Positions 48,901 through 59,911 of a stretch of DNA of 64,000 nucleotides are shown piece by piece; position 1 is the first letter of the stretch; each line of letters begins with the position of its first letter. The notes beneath the pieces were generated by a model, which had not been told where the DNA came from, made no database searches, and was given only the letters and a program-made list of their open reading frames with translations. Source of the DNA: Orbicella franksi. Lineage: Eukaryota. The translations under genes and the position numbers were made by a program. Location of the stretch: contig OZ116709.1 of NCBI GenBank assembly GCA_964199315.1, forward strand, positions 5,518,001 to 5,582,000, given 5' to 3'.

Positions 48901-51900
48901 AAAAAAAAAAAAGAAAGAAAATACAGCGACATCTATACATCAGGATGTTGATAGAATTAGACGAGATTTTTCCATTTGTGTCGTTTCTGGAAGAAAGCCC
49001 GAAGATTACCAAAGGTATAGATTAAGATCGATATTGACTTTAGCAGAGGTATAATCTCGTTGCGAAGTTTTCTTAAAATATAAGTACATCGTGGATAAAT
49101 CCACCGTATCGTGCTATTCGCCTGAAAAAACAAAAATAGAATTTTAATCTATTACGCGAGGAAAAAGGCAAAATTGAAATCCAGAAGTGCGCTGTGTGTA
49201 TGTGCATGTGCGTGTGTCTTTAATACTTTTTTTGTTGTTCGGTGAATGATCCTAGAATATTATCAGGACAGATCACTATCTTGAGGACATTTCCAGTGGA
49301 TACCGTGACAAACAAAAAGAGCCGGCTAGTTTATAAGGAGAAATACAGTTTTTTTTTTCAGACTACATAGCTATTCTTTTGGCCTTGTTCGATCTACAAC
49401 GAGGGAATAGTGATAATAAAGAATTCTGAGGTTTGGTTCGGCTGTGAATTCAACTGACGAGAGATTCAAAAGCAATACACAGGAAATAGCTGAGCGTAAA
49501 ACCAATTGAGGTCAACATGACAGTGGTTTGAAGCACTTTCTGCAATTCATTTGGTAGAAATAGTCTTCTTTCTCAAATGCATGTCCCTGCTCCACATTTC
49601 GTGTTGTTTTATTGTTGTTTTCAAAGTGGTCAAAGGAGAGGATTTTAAAGATTTTTGCAAGTGTGCCGTCGTCTCGCACTACTGCCCAGCCATTTATATA
49701 TATTTCCTCGGGGGCCTTTTCTTTTTTACTATCAAGTGTATTGGCCCCCTATCTCGAATTAACGCATGTTGTAATCCACTCGGAAAACGCCTCAGTCAAG
49801 ATTCACAACGCAATACGTAACAAGTCATCGAACCGATATCACATCTATTGGGATCACAAGAAAATGTAATTAACAAGTTAAACACAAGACTAATTTATAG
49901 ACTTCTTAGTTATTTGGGGCAATACGAGTACCTCTCTTGAAACGAATACTCCGTACGTAAAATCATGATTGATTTCAATGTCCACGAACTGATTCCAGAT
50001 TCCATTTCTTCGTAGATTTCACCGGCGTTTCGATTCGACACTTCTCTCAACTTTCTAAACACAAGCATGAGAAGCGAAACTGTTTATCCCGAATAAAATA
50101 CAATGAAATATTCCGTTTTCGCCTCGCGTGTGTGTTTGTGTATGTTTTATAGCACCTCCTAGGAAACGCAATTGCTCAAGAAATATGTCCATGTAACTTC
50201 AAAAAACCGTGTCGCGTTTTCACAGTTCTGCTTTTTGACGTCCACTTAGCCTGGCCAAGCGAAGGAAATTATTTTCATTTTAATTGTTTTCTTTATTTTG
50301 TTACAACATGAAAAGGATTCATGTGTTAGGCGCTTTAAATAAAATGTTCGCATTAGCGGCAAATTACGCGCGCTACTGACTGCGTAATTGGAAATAGAGA
50401 AGTATACTGGCGCATTCCTCTAACAAAATTTAACACTGGTGTCGAAGGAAACGAAGGGCTTGAAGGATTGGCAAACACAACGGCTGACATTATATTCGCA
50501 AGGCACATGCGATTTTACAGTTAAAAAGAAAAAAAAAATACCATTTTTTAGCCAATTCAGAAGCAATCCACTTTATGAATGACAACTTAGAAATGATGTA
50601 ACCGTAGGTTTTGTGCAAAGTATTCATAACAAAACGATACGTTTTTTTTTCTCTGTCGTAATAAGAGATGATTCTAAACACCCAGCACTGAATCAAGAAC
50701 AGTTAACAAAAGATTTCAACGAGCATTTAGGCGTAAAGAGACAATGACCGTACATACTGCGTAGGAAGTTGGCAGACAATATAGCCCTTCCAATAAACGG
50801 GAAAAGTAAATAGAGACTTCCTGCGGCATACGACTAGAGTCAGCTTACGAACTGTCAAAGCGCGGGATATTAATTTGAACCTTTTGTGTGGAGAAGTATA
50901 AACACCACAACTATGACAATGAGAAGAGGCCCGTGCGCAGCTGTGTTAAACCTTCTATCCCATTATTCAGACCATAAACAAGGGCTGGCGAATAAGATAC
51001 GTACATTTGTTCAATTTCTGGGAAACGGTGAGATACGGTTGTAACCGCGCGCTTTGTTATTCTGATCAAATTGATAATATGGTAGGAAAATTTCGCCATT
51101 GAAACTTACCTATACCACAGACAGCGAGGACCACGAAGACAAGGCTCTGTTAATTTTATGAACAAAAACGCTCGTTAGAACGACTAGGACATGACTAATG
51201 ATAGTTAATAAGTCTTAAACTAGAGAAAAACCTACCTGGAAGACTACAGAAATCAATCTGCTGCATGCCCGCATTTTCCGTACGTTAATTCTCTGTCACT
51301 GTATACTAAAGTGATATTGCGCCCTCGCGCTGGCTTTTATCAACGCAATTTTAGCAACCAAATTACCGCTCCAGGAAAAGAGGTAAAATTCAATTTCAAA
51401 GCGGTCCCAAATCGGCGTACGTGCATCTTGCTAGAGAACTGCATATTTGTTGATTTTAAATAGCCGTTATGAGCGAATGTTTTCCCAGCCAATAGGATTG
51501 AAGCCGTAAAAACAGGTGCGTTTTGATAGCTTCAATTAATTAGTACATATCTAGAATCTAATCTGTCTACCCTGTAAATATTAATCAGCTTTATATAGAT
51601 CTCGAATATTTTTTTCAACCATTAGCCGATAAGTATTGAACATTCCAAGAGATGTTTAAAGCGGACTGCGCCCAAGCACGATGCGAATTTTTTTTGAGTT
51701 AAATCTTTGAAGAAAGGCGAGCGTCTTTTGGCTAGCTTTTCTAGAAGATGCAAGGTATTGGCGAGTGTTAAAATTACGATTGAGACACCACTTCAAGGTA
51801 GGCAAACTACCTCCTTGTCAAGACGAGATGATACGTTGGTGTTTCATTTTCTCAAGTGGCAATAATCTAGAATTAAACCACAAGAAATCCGTTGTTTGCT

Positions 51901-53635
51901 TTGTAAAGTTGTCGCTACAAATTTATACAATTGCAAATAAAGTTTTCCAATCGACTTGCGTGAGAAAGAATTTCATTAGCGTAGTTGGCCATGCCTTTTA
52001 TACGAAACATGCAGACCTGGTAAATGTGGTCAAACACAACAATGGCGTTTCGTCACATTAATTTTCCCAGTTCTGTTTCAATGACCATTCATTTTCTTTT
52101 GTTTGAATGGAATAAAACACAAGCGGGGAGAACAACGCACTAGCCACAAAAACGAGACGCAGCTTAACATTTCCTCCGCAGAGAAAAGGGTTAAATATGA
52201 ACTTTAAAGGACCCGCATGGCGCGGGGCCAAGTTATTTACATTTTCATTGACCACTTCTCAGTCCAAAATGATGACTTATTTAAAAGCGGTTTCTAAACT
52301 TCCATTCCCAAGGACTTTCTTAGTCACCTAAGTTGGAAAATCTCAATTTCGCAGTTTTTCCGAGAAAACGGTGTAACAAGCCAGACTAAGTCGTCTATGG
52401 TAATATTGCAAACTTGTTTCTGTCTGGTGCGGTGGCGGCAGGTAAATAAGTAGTGTCATTCAAAGTTCTGCAGTTTGGCTCACTGCCCGCCTGCTGACTG
52501 TGACATACATACTGGAACAAGCTTCAGTATTTAGAACTTTTGTGGTTGTTCTTTATTTAAAACTCTATCGATCAAGACCTAACACTACCATTTTTCTACT
52601 TTTAATACAATCACTTGTATAAGTCTCGATTTTGGTAAAAATTACCGTCAGTTTGCTCTATAAAATTTTAATTTTTTTTGGAGTAGGTTTGCGTAATTGT
52701 GTATAATGTGGCAATGTTTTAGTTCGCTTTTACAAAATGTCGCATTTTCTGGCTTTTCTGCTTGCACGTTTATATAATTTAGTCTTTCCTCGAAGACATG
52801 GGCTTATTCATTCAGTAACCAAGAAATACTTTGCAATTGAATATTCAACTTTGTATTTACATAAAAGCAAGTGCTCTTCTTCAGTCAACATTATATGTAA
52901 TTTCATTTCTACCGCAATAAGATTAATAAATCTTTCCAATTATTGAAAAAAAAAAGCGTTACGTTAGAGTGGCCCGACCGTCGACAATTTTTCTTACTTT
53001 ATTTCTGTGGCTTTCTGTTTTGCTCACTTCCAAAATAGTAATTCTCTCCATTCTCGTAACTTGTAAATTTGGACTCTTACTTGTAATGTAGTCGGAAGCT
53101 GCTGACCAAAAGGATCGACGGCCGTAAAAAAACGAGAGGAGAAACTAATTATCTAATCACTATGGACCACTATAATAAATTGAAGCAGTTTTCAATGCAA
53201 ATCCAGACACATTCTTGTTTAACTGAATTAATCAAGTCCTTGTATGTGGCCAGCATATGTTTTTGTGCCATTACTGCATTGAGCCGCTGCAGGAAATTGG
53301 AAAATTCTACAGTCAACAATTTGGTTTATTCCAATGGTAAACAAACTATAGGTTGTAATTAACAATGTTCAATTTGTGCAACTGTAACTTGACATCATGT
53401 TTAACAAAGCATTATCAACAAAGGACGAGTCACCGCCTAGGGTATCACGTATCAGGAATTTAAAATTTATTGTAGCATGGTCCTGTATGCCTAGTTCCTG
53501 TCTTCTCCCCTTGAGGGGCTTCTTGCAGACGAGGACCATGCGGGGACTGGGGTCAATACTTCTGTGGTGGAACATTACTTTACCGGCCCCATATACAGTG
53601 TACGATATTTTTCGTTCTGGATATATGTGTATGAG

Positions 53636-53694
53636 GTCTGCATACGAGCCAAGTAGCCCATCGGGCCGGCGTTTATCTCTGGTTTCTGTAGCAT
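53636..53694 (-). mobile_element. 3' fragment of the SINE at 55236-55533
   Basis: GTCTGCATACGAGCCAAGT.GCCCATC.GGCC ... GGTTTCTGTAGCAT is shared with 55242-55300. Confidence 0.75.
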
Positions 53695-55071
53695 AAAACT
53701 ACCCCACCCCAAATTGCAATTTCACGTGCTTACTAAATGCTCGAACAAATTTGAGGTGCTTTTTATAAGAAAACTTAAACCATCCCTAAACGTACAAACG
53801 GACTCGATTGGTGTAAAGGTATTCACTTGAAGAGCTTGTGATCCTTTGTTATTATGCTAATTCGTACAGACTGTAAAGTATAGAAATCAAATCTTGGCAT
53901 TAATTTATTCACTTTGCCTTGAGAATGGTGTCACGATGACGCCGAAACGTCGGCTTTTAACTTTAATATTCGCTTGTTTATGTTTTAAGAAACCATCATT
54001 GATCAAAACCTGGATTTGTTTGGAAGTTATCTGGGCTTGCCTTGTCCCAAGTCAGCATTATAAATTTTGTTATTGAAGGACGGAAAATCAGGGAATACTA
54101 TGGCTTGATAAACCCCAGCGCAGGAGCGGAGAGCAAGGAGGAAGGCCTGAGGACGAAGCAAAAAAGAAAATCAAGGCATACAAATTAACGCATACATGAC
54201 GTACTACTTTAGAGCTTAGTAACCGTGCAGAACGAGAATAACAAAAATGCCGGTAAAATGTCTTGGTAGCGCCGGTAACTGGTAATTGAACGGTCTTTTT
54301 TTCTATAAATAATGTCCACTTGAATACCTCATCTTCGACCTAAGCCTCCTCTGTTCAGTTATGAAGGATAACAAGCTTCACGGTAAGAGTAACGGCCCTT
54401 TCCTCCTAATATTGTGCAAGTGAACAACGTTGTGACGTGTCCGTTTATCGAAAAGTTTTATTAAGCTACATGTAAGGGCAGTGAACTATGTATTGATGGA
54501 TCTATTGAACTTATCTTTATGCTGCATTTGTGCTTTTCTTTCCTATATTTGAACTAGGGAATATTTAATTCCATCGATGACGGTAGCAGAAAAAATAATT
54601 GCATTATTGAGGCTTCCAGGGGGTAGGGGGGTAGGTGGCTAGGGGGTTTCCTGATAGTGAACGGTTTAAATTTTTTTTCCTTCTCCGGGTTGCGATGAAA
54701 TAAATTATGATCACACGATGATATCCCCTTGCTCCCCAAAACCTGTGTTACACTGTAGGTCCTCATCATACAGACTGTTCTTAGAAGCAGCCGTGATCTT
54801 GTTACATGTATACATGTAGTTATTGCCCTGGCTTTGCTCTCTACGGTTCACTGTTCCCAAATTTTTGTTAGTACCTCTCCTGTCTATAGAAATACAGTTT
54901 TAAGTTGTCATTGTAGAGGGAAGGCACACACTTGTAGGGAGAATTTTGCCCCAATGTTTAAAATTCTAACAGATGGAACATTGCTTCATTTCAGGGGCAG
55001 TCAGCTCAATACAGACTTTGATATGAGTGTTAAATACTGAGTATAAGATTTACAAACTGCTACAGTGAGTC

Positions 55072-58057
55072 ATGTCAGCCACAAAGCTTGCATTACAGCC
55101 TCAAAAATACTATTACACATCAGAGGATTTCAAATGGCCCAGACATTGGCATTGTAGTGAAGATGGACAACATAAACAGGAGCTAAGCAAGGTATACTGA
55201 TTGTGAAACTTCTCAGCTGTTTTCAGAACTCATTAGGTAAAGTCTGCATACGAGCCAAGTGGCCCATCAGGCCAAAGCATACCTCGGTTTCTGTAGCATG
55301 AAGCGACTAGGAGTATTTCTTCTTCCCCCTCGATGAGATGCTAGTCCATTGCAGGGTTACCCCAAGCATTAAATTTGTCAGTACCCATTTATACACCTAG
55401 GTGGAGAGAGTAGAGGCACTGTGAGAGTAAAGTATCTTGCCCAGGAACACAACACAATGTCCCCGGCCAGGGCTCAAACCCAGTCCGCTCGATCCAAAGT
55501 CAAGAGCACTAACCATGAGGCCACCGTGCCTCCACAGTACTAATTACATGCTGTAAATTATGGTTTTAACAGTCTAGGACTTTGTATATTCTGATTCTGT
55601 AATCATTATCCTGATTCCCTGAAATAGCAGGTACGTGTATGAAATAATGGGAATCCAACATGGCATGGTTGTCTGCAAAAGTTAAATTTCTAAATCATTA
55701 CAATTCTTCTGTTTTTTAATTGGGATACTGTATATAGTTTGACAAGGAGCTTCAAGAAAGATGGGATGCTGCTGTAGATGCTGGTTGTTTTGCTTACAAA
55801 TTGCATCAAGTGGAAGGAAGAGTTGTGCCTGGAAAATACCGACTGTTTGTTCAAGTAAATACGACCAAATCTTTCTTTTGAGCTGGAAAATGACAATGTA
55901 GTAACTTTAAAACCCTCCATGTTGGTAGATTTATGTGGAAGCATGGGAAATTGTGTGTGAGCAAGTCATGATTGCTTTTGATTTTACTTCTGTGTGATTT
56001 GATGACAAAGTGGTACCAGGTTTTTTTAAGCCACCCATGTAGCATAAAGAAAAATATTAAATGCAACATTATTTTAACAATTACTGTGATGCAGGATTTT
56101 AGCTAGGATTTGAAAAGTGGGAGTTCAAATGTGCTACAGGGCTTACTCAAATGAACAATTTATGAGACAACATATGAATTAAAATAAAATGACAAGTGGC
56201 CATCCACAGGATGCCTGGATGCCCATCTGGCTAAAAGCTTGCTGTGATAACAAGTCATTCAAATATACAGTGTATGCTTTTGTACAGACTGAAGTAAGGA
56301 ATTTATCTGATTTAAACAAGCAGATTTCTTTCAAAAGTAATGTGAAAAATTATTAATTGATATTAAATGATAAATATTGTTGAATGTGCAAAATAAATTG
56401 TTTCTCCTAGTTAAATGAAATGAGATTCAACAAACGAAGGCAGCCTGAAGCAATCAGCAGCATTTCCCAGCCATTCAATTCAGAAAAATTTAACTTCACC
56501 AAAGTACACAGCAGAGAGGTATGGAAAATACTTGTATTCTAACCTGTTGACAATTTTATCATTTTTATGATATGTTTCATAAGGTCAATTCTTTTGGCTT
56601 TGTATATTGTAACACTGACGGTAGTACATGTAAGTGTTAAGTTTGGTACCTAGAATACACTAATATCAAAACATTGAATATGTGCATGTTAAACATTGTT
56701 TTATCAGCTACTGAGTGTGTGAGTGACGTGAGCTGCATACATGAACTCTGTTCAGCGGAATAAAATCTCAGATGGCTGGGTACAGCCACCAACTCTAGAG
56801 TGGGTGGCTTTGCACTAGGCTAAATTGAGTTCTGTTGGCACTAGTTGCACCTGAGACCTGTTGTACACCAGTTGGCCGGGTGCTTGTAGGTGAAACCTTA
56901 ATGGTTGAGCAATGACCAGTTAGCAGAATCTTACCTGTTGATTGAACTCCTGTTTGGATTAGATTGCTTTGAAAACATTTTTTTTAGGTAGATCACAGAG
57001 TGTCTCCCAAGAAAATCATGTTTACTAAGTTAACAGATGCTCTCAATGATATACAGTATTGTCTGTTTTTGTCCACAGGTGTTGTTTGAACTTTGTCCAA
57101 AGCACACACCAGCAGCAGCCACTTCAGAAGATGATTGCCATCTTATGATGATAAATGCCAGTCCTATGGAATATGGACATTCTTTGTTGGTGCCAAGTGT
57201 CAGTTCATGGCTTCCTCAGGTATTATTCATTATGCGAAATGCAATTGTCATTGCATTTTGAGTCTCCTTTAGCCGTGTTCTCCACACCCATAACAAACTT
57301 GTTACTTTGTGGGTGAATTCTTTAATCAACAACGGGCAATTTAACCCGTATTATAAAGAGTAAATCAAGCATACTCAGCCATAATAGGTGTTACGGGTTA
57401 TGGCCCTTAATGACAGCCCTGAATTGTGCATTGTGTTTGGGGTAGACAACTGCCTGGAAGTTTCAAGGTGTGAAAAAGATCTGGGATTGAACAAGACATC
57501 ATGATTTGCAGACATGAAAGTTGTAACTTAAAAGACAGTATACAAAAAAATATTAAATATCTTTGATCACACTGACCATCTTGATCCTGCTTTATTGAGT
57601 CCATTTACAATAGCTGAAACACAGTCTTGGCAAGCCAAGTCAGGATGAGGTCTTTTGAAGTGTGAATCAAATGATGTTTAAAACTTCCATTCAGGCAGAT
57701 TGATTGTTAGTCCATGTTATAGTAAAGAGAAAGCAAGCAAAAAAAAAACAAAGTGGTTATAGAGAAAGCAAAACAAAAGAAGAAAAAAAAAGAAGAAAAA
57801 GAAAAAGAAATAAAAACAAAACAAAACAGAAAAGCAAAAACAGCAACAGAACAACATAATTTATTGTACAACTGACAACAACAAAAAAAAGAGTGTAAAT
57901 TTGGATATAAATTACAGGTGAATCCTACATAAATATGCTTTTCAGTTAAAAATGAGATTTTTAGTTTTCTAAATTTTGAATTTATTCAATACATGCAGGT
58001 TCTTACTGAGGAAGCATTGTTGCTGGCTCTAGAGACATCTATGCTAAGTAACCACAG
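55072..58057 (+). CDS. GDPGP1: GDP-D-glucose phosphorylase 1, first five coding exons (gene continues beyond the Gypsy insertion)
   Basis: Exons 55072-55191 (MSATK..YYYTSEDF..LSK), 55738-55854 (FDKELQERWDAAVDAGCFAYKL..PGKYRLFVQ), 56411-56518 (LNEMRFNKRRQP..QPFNSEKFNFTKV), 57079-57219 (INASPMEYGHSLLVP..LPQ), 57999-58057 (VLTEEALLLA). These match GDPGP1/VTC2-family motifs; the HxHxH catalytic exon is not in the window. Confidence 0.85.
55236..55533 (-). mobile_element. tRNA-derived SINE with a conserved core (Nin/Deu-type), in a GDPGP1 intron
   Basis: The minus strand starts GGAGGCACGGTGGCCTCATGGTTAG (A box) ... GGTTTGAGCCCTGG (B box), followed by the core TGGGCAAGATACTTTACTCTCACAGTGCCTCT..CCACCTAGGTGTATAAATGGGTAC. 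Confidence 0.85.
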
Positions 58058-58337
58058 GTAACAAATTGAAACTTAGAAGTCATCTTCAGTATTAGCCATT
58101 AAATGTACAGTAATGTACCTTATTGTAAGTTTATTTCTTGTACTAAAATAGCCACAATTTGGCTGCAATTTAATGATAGAAGTGAGTCAAGGTTTTTGTG
58201 CTTCTTGCAATCATGCCCCTAAGAGTTCCCTCCCCCCCTCCCCCAACCACTGAGTTGTAAAGATTAAAATAACCAGTGAGAATGTTTCCCAAATTAAAAG
58301 GGCCAGTCACATTGTAGTGCACTGCACAAAATGCTGG

Positions 58338-58508
58338 TGTTACAAGTAGAACGTGAGGGACTGGGCCTAGCCCCAGGTTACTTATTATTATGGGATCGAA
58401 AATCCCACGCGTTGGAGAGAATGAAAACGAAACGAGGATCGATGAGAAAAACGTGTTGTCATTGTAGTTTTGTAGTAGTTCCTGTGCGAGATTGAGTAGA
58501 GTGTAACA
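58338..58508 (+). mobile_element. 5' LTR (171 bp) of a Ty3/Gypsy retrotransposon
   Basis: Bounded by the inverted heptamers TGTTACA ... TGTAACA and followed 2 nt later by the PBS. The 3' LTR is outside the window, so the left boundary is inferred. Confidence 0.75.
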
Positions 58509-58510
58509 TT

Positions 58511-58527
58511 TGGTGACCCCGACGTGA
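58511..58527 (+). promoter_or_regulatory. Primer-binding site complementary to tRNA-Trp
   Basis: TGGTGACCCCGACGTGA is the reverse complement of the 3' end of eukaryotic tRNA-Trp (..TCACGTCGGGGTCACCA). Confidence 0.88.
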
Positions 58528-58543
58528 CAAAGAAACGATCGAA

Positions 58544-59911
58544 ATGTCTATAGAAGTCGTCGAAGAGATTCAGATAGAGGTGAGAACAGCAATTTGTCAG
58601 CTTAGCGAAGCGAGTCTTCGAGAAATCTGTGCGGGGCTACATATCGAAGTTAAAGAGACGGATACGGGACGTCTGGCGTTAATACAAATCCTAACGAAAT
58701 ATTTAGACGCCGAAGAACTCGGAACTGAAGCACTAACGAATCTCAGAGAAACAATTAAAGAAAAGAAACCGGCAACGAAGGACGCGAAGAGTGAACAAGA
58801 GGGTGGTGTGAAAACCGAACATGTGGATCAGAAGTCTGCTGTCAAGTCAAGCACAAATGCAGTTACGCCTAAAGAAACCACAGCGATTCCACCGTTCAGG
58901 AAGGAATTTAAAATATCGGGACAGATTGGAGATTCACGTCAGAAAGATCGCTTGAGCTTTACCAGTCTTGCTCACCAAATTAACGCTGGATTGAAACGGG
59001 GCTATAAAGAAGAAGAAATTGTCGAGGCCGTTATTCGAGCCATCAATCCAGGCCTTAGATTGAGGAGCTACTTGGAAGGTAAGCCCGATCTAGATCTTGC
59101 CAGATTACGTAAAATACTCCGGTCACATTACCAAGAAAGGGGGGCTACGGAAATGTATCAGCTGCTCAGTTCGGCAGTACAGGAAGCTGGGGAGACCCCT
59201 CAGGACTTTCTTGTTCGCCTCCTTGATCTAAAGCAGAAAGTACTGTTTGCATCTCAAGAAGCAGGATCTGATTTGAAGTATGACCCAAAGCTGGTACAGT
59301 GCATGTTTCTGCATTCATTATTAACTGGGTTACGGAATGATAACATTAAAATGGAGATAAAACCATGCCTGCAAAACACCCAAGTGGAAGATGAAGAACT
59401 TTTTGAGAAATTGAATGCAGCAGTTAGTAATGAAACAGAAAGAATGCAGAAGCTTGGTTCCCGTCATGACCAGCTCACAAACCGAACCCCCACACAGCTT
59501 GTAGCTCAATTGGCCACCCATGACGACAGCCATGCCTCAGTTGAAGGTAAAACCCCAGAAAAGCCACCAAAAGTTAACCTTCTTACTGAAGTTAGAGAGT
59601 TGAAAGCGGAATTGGCTGCTATCCGGGAGGGCATGGAACAACAAAGCCGCGCTAGCCCTCACCCACAGTACAACCCTGTAGAGCAAGGGAGGGTTCGCCC
59701 TAGAGGGTGCTGGAATTGTGAAAGACAAGGAAGGGGTTTCCGTTGCAACCATTGTTTCAACTGTGGTGATGTCGGCCACTTCAGTTACCAATGCCTAAGG
59801 TCAAGCCGAAGGGGCTATAACTCAGCAAGCCCCCAGGGAAACAGACAAGGGTTGCCCCCACGGGACAAGGAGCAGCCCCCCCGATTCATGAGCAGTCCCA
59901 ACAATGCATGA
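58544..59911 (+). CDS. gag: Gypsy Gag (455 aa) with C-terminal CCHC zinc knuckle
   Basis: Intact ORF right after the PBS; capsid-like core ([30 protein letters not shown]) and [14 protein letters not shown]. Confidence 0.92.
   Translation: MSIEVVEEIQIEVRTAICQLSEASLREICAGLHIEVKETDTGRLALIQILTKYLDAEELGTEALTNLRETIKEKKPATKDAKSEQEGGVKTEHVDQKSAVKSSTNAVTPKETTAIPPFRKEFKISGQIGDSRQKDRLSFTSLAHQINAGLKRGYKEEEIVEAVIRAINPGLRLRSYLEGKPDLDLARLRKILRSHYQERGATEMYQLLSSAVQEAGETPQDFLVRLLDLKQKVLFASQEAGSDLKYDPKLVQCMFLHSLLTGLRNDNIKMEIKPCLQNTQVEDEELFEKLNAAVSNETERMQKLGSRHDQLTNRTPTQLVAQLATHDDSHASVEGKTPEKPPKVNLLTEVRELKAELAAIREGMEQQSRASPHPQYNPVEQGRVRPRGCWNCERQGRGFRCNHCFNCGDVGHFSYQCLRSSRRGYNSASPQGNRQGLPPRDKEQPPRFMSSPNNA

Noticed and set aside
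53369-53575. 68-aa minus-strand ORF (FHHRSIDPSPRMVLVCKKP...) as an exon of a divergent gene
   Set aside because: No recognisable motif or convincing splice sites; needs transcript data.
55455-55533. tRNA-like A/B boxes as a tRNA gene
   Set aside because: It is the head of a SINE, continuing into the SINE core without a proper acceptor stem.
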